A stretch of DNA of 64,000 nt from Antedon mediterranea (lineage: Eukaryota > Animalia > Echinodermata), in the NCBI RefSeq assembly GCF_964355755.1, contig NC_092679.1:1890201-1954200 (forward strand). Direction: 5' to 3'. The position numbers were made by a program, and so were the translations under genes. A model generated the notes under the pieces. That model worked only from the letters and a program-made list of their open reading frames with translations. It did no database searches and was not told the origin of the DNA. Every line of letters begins with the position of its first letter. The first letter of the stretch is position 1. Positions 24,631 through 38,854 of the stretch are shown here, in pieces.

Positions 24631-25519
24631 TTTGTATTACTTTAAACTTCGCCGCGTTGCTTGATTTCAAGAATTGTCATCAGCGATTACGTTTTTTTTT
24701 TATGATGACGTAATATGTAAAGTATTAGAATGGTCAGTTTTAACGATCGTATCTTTAAAGTTGACGATTTTTAGCGTTTATTTGTACCCCCTTTTCCTGT
24801 AAAATCGTTGAATCCGTTTATTTTAACGCAACACAACGTCGATGGTTGTACGCTGGCGCGCATTGTCGCGGTAGGTCAGGACGCAATTAATTACTTAATT
24901 CATTAATTTTATGCGTGCATCCCCCTCCCCACATTGTATACGTTGACGTACGGTATGTTACAGTATGTGTGAATTCATTCCACAGCAGTATCTAACATGA
25001 ACGGTCAAACCATGGCAGGCTGTTTCTATGGCACTGTCAACATAATTCTAACGCGTAGTATAAACACATTAATGCATTTTATCGCTGTATTGCAGGAAAG
25101 CATCTGTAATAAACTTGGTTCGTATGTTTCTACATTCTCTAGATATTTCTCGTTTATTCTCTCTTACCATTATTACACTGCAGCAGCATGTAAAGTGTGC
25201 AAATCTTTTTTTCAATTACCTGTCAGCGCGGTTATTGCTACGAAGCTTCGTCTATTTTTCTTTTCAATGTAGGTTTATTTTCTCCGTTCAGCTTATACAT
25301 GCTTCTCGGCTAAGTCGTCTGCTTTTAACGCGCATACCACTAAACAGATTGTGTCGTGTTTGTGTAATATATTATGTCCTACACCTGCAGATATTCTTAA
25401 TGAACCCGGCGCTTCTTTCATGTTATAGGCCTACCAGACTCCATCAGACGATAAATAATTACAATCAACCATTTTTTTGCTCATAACAAATATATACAAT
25501 ATATTGATGGATTATTTGA

Positions 25520-25702
25520 ACCGTCGCTTGTCATTGCCTTGCGTTGCGTGCTAGTGGAAACCAAGCTTTAAGCTTTCCACCCACTTGGACGCAACTCACT
25601 AACGTGAGCCCAACGCAAGTGAGTTGACCAATCACACGCGGCAGTTCGTTTATCTATCGCGTCGTGATTGGTGCGCTTACGTCATAGTGTGAACCAAACT
25701 TA
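25520..25702. mobile_element. Two adjacent degenerate Harbinger-like MITE pieces
   Basis: The right end of the 23612-type element abuts AGCTTTCCACCCACTTGGACGCAAC...GTGTGAACCAAACTTAA, whose reverse complement recurs at 40338-40425. Confidence 0.5.
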
Positions 25703-25941
25703 ATGGTAGATGTTGTGTTTCACAAGCAATCTGTTCCCATTGGCAATTTATATGATAATTTTAAGGTTCAGTGTTGTCCCAGTGTAGCTGTTAATTGCCA
25801 TACCCCTATCAACGTGTACCTATGTACATTATATGAAGCAATGAGCATTGCATACCCAACGGGTTGAAGCAGGTTAATTATACAATATTGTACAATGGTT
25901 CAATGACCCTAAGATCGATTAAAAGCTATTCGCTCAGGTGA

Positions 25942-26172
25942 ATGATGATGAGGAGGAGGGATGATATGAGGGTGATGATAGTGATAGTGATTATGATAAT
26001 GACGATGATGATAATGATTGATGGCGATGATGATAGTGATTATGATGATAGTGATTATGACGATGATGATGAAGAATATGAGGATGATGATAGTGATTAT
26101 GATAATGACGACGATGATAGAGGAGATAGTGACGGTGATAGTGATATTATCTATCTTTCATAGTGATGATGA
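25942..26172 (+). repeat. Degenerate (GAT)n microsatellite
   Basis: Run of gat/gac/agt triplets. Confidence 0.85.
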
Positions 26173-27034
26173 CTAGTGTAGACTTTGTGGTTTTATTTTT
26201 AATTTATTGATTTTGCAATTGAACCACTATTAAGACCAAACAAAGTGTCCTATTAATTTGGTTGCCCCTTGAATAGAGGTTGACCTTTGTGTTAAAACAT
26301 CTCGTTCGTTTTGAGGGGGATTGTCCCCATAAAAGACTGACATCTGAATAAGGGTGTCCCACAGTTCTACTGTATTATTGGTTGTTGAGTAGATATATGT
26401 GATGATTGTACTTGTGCCTATCTAATGTGTTGTACTCTATATTAGGCCTATATAAACTGTCAAAAAAAAACATCAAATTAGTGTTTTTGTTTTTCAATAT
26501 TTTTTTAGCTGTAACAATACTATGTTGTAACAACTGTTGCGTAGTTGAATCTAAAGAAATTATTTCCTATTTTGAAACGAATTCGTAATTTGTCGACTGC
26601 AGGAGATGAAAATAATTAAATTTTGTTGATTCATTCGCAAATTCCGTGACTTCTTTTAAATTCTGAAATAGAACAAATTATTTTCATTCATCAGGCACGA
26701 CTCTAGTTAGCGTTACTTGTCATTGGCAAACGAAATACTACCAATTACAAGCAGTACATCAGAGATTCCGATAAAATACACGATATCAGATCGTTTTATG
26801 TTCGATGCACTAATCGTCGCCAAGGGATATAGCTTTCACTAGCTCGGTAAACGCATTTCATTCGGCTATGTATACTCTATTGATCTTCTGAAATTAAAAC
26901 GTTGTTGACTGTTGCTAGTATGGAACGCCGAAATTTTACACCAATGTTCAGCAATTTCTGGTATTATTCCGGACTGATTTACAAACTCCGAAAAAAATCA
27001 AATTGCCGAAATTTAACGTTACGTGATGGAACCT

Positions 27035-27160
27035 GTTAGTACCGTATACCGGAATTCCGTGTAATACTTCTAAGTCTACCTCCGCATACACTCTGCGCCG
27101 TTAGTAGCGTATACCGGAATTCCGTGTAATAAGGGTTAGTCTCCCTCCGCATAAACTCTG
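27035..27160 (+). repeat. 65-bp tandem duplication
   Basis: GTTAGTA(C/G)CGTATACCGGAATTCCGTGTAATA at 27035 and 27100. Confidence 0.85.
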
Positions 27161-27183
27161 TTCAAGTCTTCAAAGTATAGACC

Positions 27184-27209
27184 TATATATATATATATAT
27201 ATATATATA
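27184..27209. repeat. (TA)n microsatellite
   Basis: Pure TA run. Confidence 0.95.
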
Positions 27210-28079
27210 CTGTTGTTGCGCCATAGCTTTATTCGTATAAGAGTATAGTCTGCTTGTCTTTACACGCGGGCAAAAATGAGCATATAGCAGAACTTATCAT
27301 TACATAAAATATAGTCTTTCTTTGCAACTGTTGCTAATTCTCGATGACTGGTCACTATTTCCACATGACCCTAAATACAATCCACACAAATATATTTGTT
27401 TAAAGTTAAACATTATATATGTTTTTTACTTTCTACTTATACAATTCTAAACGTAAATTAAAGGTCATTTCATACGCTCTACTTACGTGTTCATGCGCAC
27501 TACATTATTACGCGCGACCGCTTAAGCACGTCACAAATTATTACTATTTTACGAGCATATTGTTAAAATTAAACACTGTGTGCGAATATATAGTCATATT
27601 TTGTTGTAGCGATTAGTACCTCGTAAATGCCGTTTAATTTTTTACTGTTTGAAGCTATAATTATAGCCAAGTCATATGTCATCGCCTTTATTAATGTCCA
27701 TCCCAAAAATATATTTCTTGTAATAATAATATTAGAATGACGTTGTCATAACCATCAATTTCTCTGACTTAAAATAATAATTATGCTAATCAACGTCAAT
27801 GTGATGGGAATATTGATGTGAATTTTCAACGTTTAAATTCTTTAAATTGCTTTCGATACGATTTGTTTTTCGTATATCATAAAATCATAGCATGAAATAT
27901 TGTATCAGTGTTGATGTCGTAGCGAACGCGGTATGAATCAGCCTAGCTCCCGTTGAGACCATAATCTTATCTCTGTTCTATTATAATGTATTATCCTTCT
28001 CTTCATCCGCTTCATCTCGCGATTTTATTGAGAACATCCCGTCATCTTCTCGCCAGGACTCTAACCTTGGCGTTTTTAT

Positions 28080-28433
28080 AACGAAGCATCTGATTGGAGG
28101 ATATAATAAGTTTCGTTTCGCATGAGTAATTCGCACAACCACGCGTACATCTGAAAAAAGTTCGTTTCGCACTACGACACTCCAATCAGACAGTCTTCAT
28201 CAACATCTAAGAATTTTGCTATATTATTAGAATCTATTAACGGAGGATATAGTTCAAGCAAGACAGTTTCAATCGGAAACCTTTGAGGCGATTGTTTCAT
28301 TTATTTCGGATATGTTATGAAATAAATTGACGACAAATGATGCTTATGGGTGTACCATTATAACAACGAGAGACGTTGAGGATATACGCCGGCTCATAAA
28401 GGCGATTGTAAATACACCCAGGAGAAGTAAGTA
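28080..28433 (+). promoter_or_regulatory. Candidate promoter and non-coding first exon (possibly a distal KIF26-like start)
   Basis: GATTGG (~28092) and CCAATC (~28182) boxes, CpG-rich, followed by a strong donor GAA|GTAAGT at 28426/28427; only short uORFs. Confidence 0.35.
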
Positions 28434-28641
28434 AATAATGTCTATTTATTTGTATATTGTTAAACTATAGCGTTAGAGTGATTGCAGTCGACTGAATTAA
28501 TTATTCGGTCAAAATGCAAAACTCACGGAAGACTAGTATTATTCTACTTGCAATGGTTTGAGGCTCAAGATCTGAGATTAAAAAGGTTAGCTGTAATAAA
28601 AGGTATAGGTATAAAGTGGCATTGTAGTCGAAAATGAGTAA

Positions 28642-28778
28642 AGCTCTGTCTACACTATCAAACTTTATGCGATGTGCCCATATATAGATATGATGGTGTC
28701 ATATCACTACCATATTTGAGCATATCACTGCCATATTTGGGCACCGTTACATTTATTTTTGTCAGTGTAGACAGAGCT
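28642..28778. mobile_element. MITE family A
   Basis: AGCTCTGTCTACACTATCAAACT...AGTGTAGACAGAGCT. Confidence 0.85.
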
Positions 28779-30542
28779 TGGTATGAGAATGTAAACGTTG
28801 TAGACAGGGGTACGGTTACACGGGGTTTTGTGTTTGGGAACTTAACTTTTGTTACGTACATTCGATTTATCTCCACAAGCTAAGACAAAATGTGTTCTCT
28901 GTAATAATTATATAGCGATTCAATATTTGAATATCGGTTTATAAAGAAATGCATAATATCTTAGATTCGAATGACAGGAATATTGTCGATTTTTCTTTAT
29001 TGTAAACTATGATAGCAATTTGATATATATAAAAACATGAATAATGATTCCACGTTCGTACTCGGTGTCAATACTCAAAGGACAAAGGGTCATATTCTGT
29101 ATTATCATTTACATTTATGAATATTAATACCGATATTTAGGAAAGTTTATGATATTTGTAACATATAATCAATGAAGTGGATTCGGATTTGGCTTTCTTT
29201 ACAAAGAAGGCTGTAATCTGTGTAGCAGAAAAGCATTTCAAACTTAAATGTAACGAAATGACGCACTCACGTCTCGTTATACATTAACGTCGCGCGCTAC
29301 AAACACGTCGGAATTACCCTCAGAAAAAGCAAAAAAAGCATTTCGTCTGTGAAATAACAGCTTTAAAAACCCAGTTATAATGTTTAGGGCCTCGTTTTTA
29401 TTATTACCATGACTGCAAATAGTTTTAGACGAAAGTGGCCCAATATAAACGTCATTAAATCCAGTCCATTCGGTAGGTTCAAATGCATTTCAGCGATATA
29501 TTTATTCCCTGTGAATATTATTACCCTTTTCATCGGCCGTTCATTCGCCTCCTCATTTCTGAACCTTCGTTTAAATATCACCATATCGGTGCTTGACAGT
29601 TTGAATATCTTGAGATGTAATGCTAATTCGTTTTAATTCAAGTTTATTCTGTAATTGTTTCGTTTATCTGCTGTTAATGACCACGACGACGAGCCAGTCG
29701 TAAACCTGCGTCCAATTCCCTGATGGTCAGAATTTCTGCTCTAATTAGGAACAATATTAAGTAACGGAATCGATTCCTAGTAAATGTCAGAATTAAATAG
29801 CTGATTATGTTTTTAATTTACCTCCTTGTAATTAACGTTTCGTTCAAATTTATTTTAGAGTTAAAGGATTTAAATTGCAACAATCATGTTCATTATCATA
29901 ATCTTATTCTCTCATTTTCTTCATTCTTCTGATTTTTCTCCCTCCTTGTCATCTTCAATTCGGCTACTTCATCGATTTGAAATACCTTTGCAAAATCATT
30001 ACACAAAATGGAACTTTTTTCACAAAAATGGCACTTTTTTCCAAACAACAAATGGCATTTTTTTCCACAAATAAGGGGACTTTTAAAAAAAAAAATGGTA
30101 CTTTTTCCAAATAAAACATTGCACTTTAAAAAAAAGTAGCTCCTTTTCCACAAAGTTGCACTACAAAAATTCAAAACATCGTCATAGGCGAATTAAGATT
30201 TGTCATCACTTCTACCACATGGTTGTCTCCTATGAAAGGGGCACTTTTATGATATCTACGGGCTTGCAACCGGTACGGAAATTCTTCCAATCAACCTATT
30301 CTTCTATTCATAATTATTCACAATTTCATTAATGTATAATTCTTTTGCTCTTTCACTTTCGTTTCATTACGTCGCCATTTTATTTACAATATTCATAGTA
30401 TATTTCATCTATGAATCATTTTGGTATTATTTACAGACTTTAATTCTGTCACTTGGATGCTGTCAATATCCATTCAAATCATTTCGTGTTCATTCGCTCT
30501 GAATTTATTCGCCACTGATTTTGTAGGACAAATATATATATT

Positions 30543-30815
30543 TTTTTCCCTACAATAAACTACAATAATGAAATACTCTTTTCTTATCTTACAATACATC
30601 TAATACCAGCGTTGAATACTGAAACAATAACTACGAAGGCCTAAACGTCTCTTAACTTTCTGTGAATTAACATCCGGCCACATTCATGTATGTTTTTCCC
30701 TACAGTAAACTACAATAGTTAAATACTATTTTCTTATCTTCCATCTTATACCATAGTTGAATCTCTTTACTAAAATACTCAAACCATAACTACGGAGGCC
30801 TAAACGTGCCTTGAA
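30543..30815 (+). repeat. ~150-bp diverged tandem duplication
   Basis: TTTTTCCCTACA(A/G)TAAACTACAATA...ATAACTACG(A/G)AGGCCTAAACGT occurs twice. Confidence 0.75.
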
Positions 30816-32665
30816 TTTTTGTGATCGTTTAATGTGCTGTATGTATTTTGCTGTATTGTTGCTTTAGTACAGATTTTACGGAAAGCATAAACATCGTTTC
30901 TTCGGCATACTTTTGATATCATTAGTGTGTACGAAGACACTGTGCTGCCATAATAATTGTGTATAAGAAACTTTGTATACTAATTCAACACGTCACATGA
31001 CATCTTTCAAAGACATATGTATGCTGTGGCAGATATGCCATGTATTGTTATGTCAAACATTTTATTGAGTTCATCTACTGGACAACGAAGCAACAACTGT
31101 CAATGCCAGACAACAATAATAAGGGAATAGTAATTCACATAGACTGCTGTGTGAATACAAAGTCAACAAACATATCTTATCAAGTTTACCCCTCTTAATT
31201 AAATATACCAAAACGGCACGCGTTGGGGCACGCGACGTTGATGAACACCTATTGTTTCCCAATGTTTGTCACGTGTTTGCTCCCACTAGGTGTCAATTGT
31301 AATGTTATTTTTCAATTTTTATTATTTTTAGTGTTGATGAATTAATATTAGGTGTCATGATTGACATCTACATCTGGTTGTAATGTTGATAGTGTCTGAT
31401 GATACACCACATGCTCTCTGTTGCTGCCATGGGGTCGTCATCACTAGACAAGTTGTGGTAATTGTTATATAATCGAACAACAGACATTACAGTATATTTA
31501 TATCAGTGACAGTTCATTCTGAACCTTATCATGAAAATGATATAGTCAGTCATCATTAAGGTTTTTAAAGGGGGTCGAAAAAAGACGCAAAAGTGATTTT
31601 ACAAAAGAATCCTAACTGTTCTGAGATGTAGGCTATGCCATGTCGCGCTTTAACCTGCGACAAAGTGTAGGCTAGTCGGCAGCAATGTGGGCCTGCGTTT
31701 CCCGTTGTAATTTACTGAATTTAGTCGTGATCCCAACTCCTTCAGGCCTTCGAAGGATAAGTGAGGTGAATTAGGCCTAACTCTCAAATGATCTCCTGAT
31801 CACTCGTATATGGTTGTTCTACATTCAAAATGTAGGACGGATATAATCGAACATGTCCTGTATTGACCGAGCTTCCATCTCCGCCGTCACTAGCTTTCTA
31901 TAATGTTTATTTGAAAGCAAATTTCGCGTTTTTCTCAACTCCCACAAGCAATGTTTAGTAGGACATAATTTTGAATCGATAAATAATTTAAAACGCGACG
32001 AATACACGACCTACAAAGTACATTGATAAAGAGATGGCGGCCGTTCGCAATAGACATAATAACTGCCGTCAGCAATGAGGAATACTTTTATAATGTTCAA
32101 TATTTAAATAATTACGATGCTGATTTAAACATAATAATAGGCCTACACACATGCAGATAAAAAAAATAACTTAACCTTAACCTTAGCATAATACTGCAGG
32201 CGCCACATGTGATAACATGTGACACTGTAATTACATAATTTGCATGATACTGAGCCTAATGCCATGTTGAGGTACCGGTACAATAAAAATGTATGAAATA
32301 AAAATTAATTTTAAAAACGTACGGAGAATCGGTTAACGATAAAAACGGTGTATTGAATTTATAGGAAACGATAAAAATAGCGCACTATTTATATTGGAAA
32401 CTATAAAATATGTACATAGTTCACTTTGCTAACATAGTGAAACAAGCAAATGTACATTCAAGGATATTTTATGTAGCTTCTTGTTTTTTTTTCTCCTGAA
32501 GTTAAATCATCGGGGCGGGAACATTTTCTGCAATACTTAATCTTACATTAAATCTCATTGAAATGTTTTCAATAGTGATAAAGACAATGTGAAAATGATT
32601 GCTATATGGTTTTGTACTTGTGTTCTACTTCAAGGGATTGTATTTTCTACTTGAGGTAAAACTTA

Positions 32666-33592
32666 CGCCCGTATTCTTAAACCGGACTTTAGTCGTAGTT
32701 CGAAGTTCGACTTGGAAAAGTCGTAGTTCGAGCTATTACTTCAAATTCGATTCAAAAACGAAGTAGTCGAAGTTTGCAGTTCGACTTAATGAAGTCGAGC
32801 TTTTAGTCGAGTTGCACACGTCTGGGTAACAAAGGCTATACATTGGCCAATGACAAGAGAGTATTTGAGGAGCAGACGAAATTTTGCGCATTGATATCAC
32901 TTTCCATTTCTTACAACACTTTTTACGCATCAGGACTATATACATGAAAAATAATTTTAATCGTTAATTATTAGAACAATATCAGTATTAATTTAACAGT
33001 GAAGTATATTTGATTAACAACAAATAAAATCTTAAAAATATATTTAGGAACCATGGCGGTACGGTAACTTTTATATTTTCTAGGACCCCAACAAAGTATG
33101 ATCGCCACGAACCACGCACTTCATAGCGTGACAAGAAAGCGCTAGGCCCCCTAAACATTCCATCGCGTGGTGAATTGCCGCATCTCCCATTGTCGCTATG
33201 GCGTGACGTAGCTCAAGTCGGACTTGCGCGAAGAAAATAATGTAATTTGTATACAGTTGTAAATAAAGATGATTTTCATTATTATAATTTATACCAATGT
33301 ATATTTAATTAAGCTAATATAAATATAGATATTTCATTCTTCAATATCTGGCCAATATAACAACTCAATGACTGTTACGTTTTTTATAAACATCGTTTAA
33401 AAACCATTTAGTCGACCATTTAGTCTGCCCCCTCCAGGACTAAAAAAATCGATCAAAATCCGTCTCGATTTAGTCGAGGTTGGCCTGATTTAGTCGGTGA
33501 TTTAGTTGAAGTTCGGTTTATGAATTAAAATGACGTCATTTTTTTAGTTTTAGCTCGAACTACGACTAAAGTCCGGTTTAAGAATACGGGCG
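32666..33592. mobile_element. 927-bp non-autonomous PIF/Harbinger-like element
   Basis: Perfect ~37-bp TIR CGCCCGTATTCTTAAACCGGACTTTAGTCGTAGTTCG, TTA TSD on both sides, subterminal TAGTCG repeats, no transposase. Confidence 0.9.
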
Positions 33593-36032
33593 TTAGGCTA
33601 GGCTGCGACATTGATCGAACGCGTACAACGGTAATTACTTCAATTGAACGTCCTCCCTACTTTAAATGTCATAAATATCGTTGATACATGATAAATCATA
33701 TCATTTTACGTCTATTGAATATTATATAGGCGTATTGAGTGCAGGATAATATCGGCTTAACTCGAATAAAATACATGCAATCATTTTTTATCAGACGATA
33801 AATAGGCCTACTGTATGTCCACTTCAAACTGTATTTTTTTTTCATTTCTCTTGTTTTGATATTTATTTCATGTTAAAGATGTATTGTCCCCCAAAAACAT
33901 GAAAAATGAAGATTAATAAAATCAGGCTTTTAATAGGCCATTTTGCAGTTTTAATAAAGTTATTCACTTCTATAAAAAAAGAAATATTTATTTCACTTAA
34001 AAAGACAAACGAAACAGTTAATTTTAACCAAAATCCATTGGCTGGCAGTCAATTTGACTATTTTTTACTTACAGTTTTTTCAGGTAAATCTCTTTTTTTT
34101 TTTATCTAGTTTTTGGTCAAAGTAAATAACTATTACGTAACATTAAAATGGCATATTCAATAAAATATTTGAAAAAAAAAATATTGAGAGGGATAATATA
34201 TCTTTAATATTACGTGGTCGTCTTTATTTGCCATAATTTACGTAACATAAATGCTGCCCTCGGCGGTTAATCTACATTGCACTTATTCCAGCATTTGATC
34301 AATGAATTATATTGTACTGTTTGTCTCAGTTTAATTGAAATTTGTTGTACACTTCTCCGGAACTAATATCATGCAATAATTAAAGATTTGCATTGCAATG
34401 TCCATGGCTTAAGAGAACAGTTAAGCAAATAGCATCGTATCGATCTTAGCCCTAATGAAATATTGCCGGATTGACGGTGTGTGAGGAAGTATCGCTTTAT
34501 TCTTTGTATAATACGTAAGTAGCATGATTAGTGTGAATGAGGGTTTACAAGGGCTGCCCAACTCTCTATAAGAAAACATATTTGATGACGTCATACTTAG
34601 GCGTACATCATTGAATAAGGCTCGGTAAACAGGCCAATCACAACTCGAGTATTTAGCATACAGGTGTCGATGTATCTAATCGTATAGCCGCATACTGCTC
34701 GGATGCAAGATGGATTGCATGTATCGAGGTAGGTTATTTACGGAGGTCATACACTTTTTCGTTCGTTCATTTGTTTTTTATTCATTATTTTTATTTATTT
34801 TATTTATATATTTTTTTTTTTTGCTTGTATATATTTTACAATTCTATATATATTTGTTTGGTTTCTTATTTCTTTCATGTATTATTAATATTAGTTCATG
34901 ACGTATGCATTCATTTACTGTCTATTTACTTATCCGTGTTCGTCAATCATCCATTTTTAAATTAAGTAATTATCATTGTCAAACAAACAATATCTCAATT
35001 GTATTCTTAACTGCTTATTAGCGTTTTGCAAATATGTTTTGATTACACCATGATGATTGGTCCGAGACTAAATGAACCAAATCGCTGATTAAATTACCAT
35101 CGTAGTTAAATTAATTACTTAAATAAGATATGTTCAATTAGAATTGTATGTAGCGAAAGTAACACCAGTGCAGATCAATACAAGTGCCGGGTTTCTTGTC
35201 TACTCTAATGTACACATATTATTTGATATATAACACTGGTTAAAAAGACGATATTGAAACTCTTACCATAACTGCCTGCTTCAAGTATTACAAGTTATTT
35301 TGTAAGTAGTAACAATTACCAATTTACTTTCACAGTCTGTATGGTGCGTCGAACGCGTCAAATTGCGTTTTCCCCCTCGACGAAATTTCTTATTCTCAGC
35401 ACGTGTACGGATAATTCAATTGATAATGTTGTGTTAAAGAATTTATACACAATAATTCGCATTAAAACATCGTGTATGGTATTGACTACCTAAACAGTCA
35501 GCTGTCAAAGAGTATCATACATCATCTAGGCTCCAAGGAATTGCTCTAACTATTTTATGCCTGCCACCCCAGACCCACGACTATACCGCGCTGCAACAGC
35601 CATACTCCCCGGAGAGGCACCTGTCAAAAAAGGGCTACGAAACCTGAAAGTTAAATTATTGTCAATATATATTATTATTGTTATAGATGATATGACAATT
35701 GTCGCAAATTACGAATGTCGTTAACAATATTGTTTGGTGGTCTAAAGTTGTTCCCGGCATGGAAATCAAATTGTAACTAATTGCAAGCAGTCAAAACTAT
35801 TTTATCTTCAAGACGTGTTTTGATTACGATGAATATAAGACCTTATTTCTTTGCAATTTTACAAAAGATAGCTAGTTTAGGAAACAAAGCTAACGCTATT
35901 AATAATATTTCATCATCTCTCGGATATTGTCACCATGCAGTTGTTATCTAATTTGCTTGTTTTATATATTATTGTGTACTGCTAACTAAAAAATGCTATA
36001 ATAGGGGCCTCTATACGATAGGTTAAATATAG

Positions 36033-36410
36033 AATTCAGCGTTCCATAAAAGAGCGTGCCTTTATAATATATAGTTCCACTCCTCCCTAAAACTAATCTG
36101 CTTTCCTTCTGAGCCCAGCTGCTATATACCTACATAGCATACAAAGCGCAATAGGCATATAGGCCTAACTTCAAAGGAATAATTTCAACTCAAGTATACT
36201 TAATTTTTATATGTTTCCAAAATTATTGTCAACAAAAAATTCAGCGTGCCGGTAGTTTCTCTCCTCCCTAAAATGCATGCTTTCCTTCTGAGCCCAGCTA
36301 TATGCCTATATAGCATACATAGCGCAGTAGGTTATAGGCCTAAACATCAAAGGAATATATGCAGCGCAAGTATATCTAATTCTTAAATGTTTCCAAAATT
36401 AGTGTCAGAA
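36033..36410 (+). repeat. ~180-205-bp diverged tandem duplication
   Basis: CTTTCCTTCTGAGCCCAGCT...ATAGGCCTAA...TGTTTCCAAAATTA occurs twice. Confidence 0.8.
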
Positions 36411-37229
36411 AATAAATAATTATCCTACTCTCAAACGCTGAACACTAATTTTGGGTTTATTGAGGCAAGGCCGAGCAAATCGTCGCGAACATCTAGTTAA
36501 TGATATCAATAGATGTAATCCACCTTGATTGCAGACGAACGAAATCTAATGAAAGATAATTGCATAGTCTATCAAGGGTAACCTTTACAAGGAATGACAT
36601 TTATCGAAACACTGCAGAGTGAATAAAAATATACGACATAATAATAATACATACGAAACGTAAACATTATCTATCTAAGACAGAGTTATATTGCAAAGGC
36701 TCCCTTGCGACTAGATTATTCATGAAAACAATAATATTAAAGTTTGTATTACAATGCTCTGTTTCGTTTCGTTAATAGAAAAGAGGTACAGCGGAGGAGA
36801 TACGACTACAAGGCCTCTTGCTTTTCTACGAAAATCTATGAATCTGAGACTTAATTTATAAGTACAGATAATCTGATCTTACGAAAGAAAGCGCATTACC
36901 TTATTAAATAAACAATCGATTACAATACATTTTACATGTAATTGAAAATAGAGCCCACCAACACTAGATTGTTATTTATTTACGCACTCCTAATATTAAT
37001 TGAATATAAAGTTGCGTAAGTAGTAGTAATTTTCAAAGCCTCTCCCTTATTTTAGTCAGAAGTTATGAATGTATAAATCAACATACATTAATAAAGCAAT
37101 TCAGTATTAAACGACGGTTCACCATAAACACGAAATACTCAAATAGTCTGTTTGTAATTATTACAATTTCGGTGATGTCTCTGGAGGAGGGGTTCTGTTA
37201 ACTATCAGGAACGGCAACTTATTTTACTT

Positions 37230-37401
37230 CTTTCCACCAATCAAATTTCTTCTTACTGTTTTTTTTTATCACAGTAATTTTCTTGTGGAAAAGTATGCGC
37301 GAGGGAGGAAAAATCATTCCGTCTTGTGTTTTCGGATTGTTTTGCTGCTCTCTCTTCTCTGATTTTGAGCAGTATAGAAAATGATTTCGATCTAGGTTAG
37401 T
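37230..37401 (+). promoter_or_regulatory. Proximal promoter and non-coding first exon of the KIF26-like gene
   Basis: CCAAT at 37237-37241, GC/CpG patch, donor TAG|GTTAGT at 37395/37396; the next acceptor at 38574 precedes the ATG exon. Confidence 0.5.
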
Positions 37402-38381
37402 TTAAAGGACTGTTAATTTACTCATAATGTGTTTGAATGTTAATAATCGACCCTAGGCTCATCATGATGTTAGCTTAGGCCAGGGGCCTAGCCAGGCCTA
37501 GTCAGACAAATACTGCACCTGGCTGGGAGGATACCGCTTGCTGCCTGTGATACACCAGAGGAGGTAGTCCTACCGAGGCTGAAAGTGTGCCTAGAGATAA
37601 CAAGTTTACTTAGGACTTACCTAGGTGCTTGCAAAAAAGTCGTCCATGCTTTGTTTTTTCTTCTATATTACAATTAAAGTTTTATTTTGATTGCAATAGA
37701 ATAGGCCTATCGCCTAGGCCCTAGGCCCTAGTAGGCTATATTTATTTTGTATTTTTGTAGGCATATTTATTAATACAGTAGGCTAACTGTTGCATTGCCA
37801 TTTTTGTATGGAGTATTTTGAGTTGATTTTTTTAATTTGCCACGCCACTAAAAATATCCACCAATTTAAACAGGATCAAAAACTTATAACGCTGTTCCAT
37901 ACAAAATACAGGACCAAATTCAGCCACGACCAATTTCATCTCTGTCACCACTACAGCCCCTCTTGTTTTGGTCTACTGCTTAAGTAGGCCATAGTAATTT
38001 TAAGTTCACATTGAGTCATCAGTAGTTGTAATTATTGATGATAGTCTAAAATAAAATAACTATTTCTCCTCCATATGTTTCAGTAAGTAACAGTTGCTTC
38101 TTAAACCTTAAAATAGAAAGCTTAATGTTTGATGTGGGCTAACACATGGTGTTAGAGTTTCAACACCACAGACTCACTTTAAATGTAAAATATTTCAATT
38201 AAAATATTTTAAATTGTACAATTTACTGCAATTGTACATTTTCATTGAAAAGGCAGATTGGATAGGGTGTGAACATTTTAGCTCTCACATTTATAGTAGA
38301 TGAATGCTGTTTAATTTAATTTTTGGTTTCACTCATCGTAGGTTGATCATATTGAAAATACTTGATTGTATGGTTGGTATC

Positions 38382-38495
38382 AGCTTTTCTTTACACTATC
38401 AAACTTTATGTGACAAAAAACTGCCATATTTAAGCATATCACTACCATATTTAGGCATCACACATTTTTTGTCAAACTAGTTTGATAGTGTAGAT
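38382..38495. mobile_element. MITE family A (eroded)
   Basis: TACACTATCAAACTTTATGTGAC...AGTTTGATAGTGTAGA. Confidence 0.75.
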
Positions 38496-38629
38496 ATTAT
38501 TATGTAATTAAGGCAAATGCTATTCAATATAAAATTATAGATGTTTTAATTTTAATGTATTGTTTTTTTCTCAGTTTTCTAGAGAAACCGCTGTGACATT
38601 CAAGAAATGAATTGGTAAACAAAATCAAA

Positions 38630-38854
38630 ATGGAAAGCCAAAAAAACTCGGACCCCGATACCCAGTCAAGCATGGATGGTGCTAGTCCAGTACAACCATC
38701 AAATACTTCTTGTGATATTACTAACGATTCGACTGGACAACCTTACGATCTTGGGATTTGTTGCGAACGTTGTAACAATCGACTCGTTGATTTGAAGAAA
38801 CAGGCTTTGCGACTGATGATTACGCAACCGACTTTTACAAAGGTTGCCATAAAG
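38630..38854 (+). CDS. KIF26: First coding exon of a kinesin-11 family KIF26/vab-8-like protein (partial; the gene continues beyond the window)
   Basis: Acceptor TTTTCTCAG at 38574, AAAATGG start context, phase-0 donor AAG|GTTAGA. The peptide CERCNNRLVDLKKQALRL closely matches the KIF26B N-terminal segment CENCNARLVELKRQALRL as I recall it. No motor-domain exon is in the window. Confidence 0.75.

Noticed and set aside
25942-26163. Acidic Asp-rich ORF (also 5690-5872)
   Set aside because: GAT microsatellite or low-complexity sequence.
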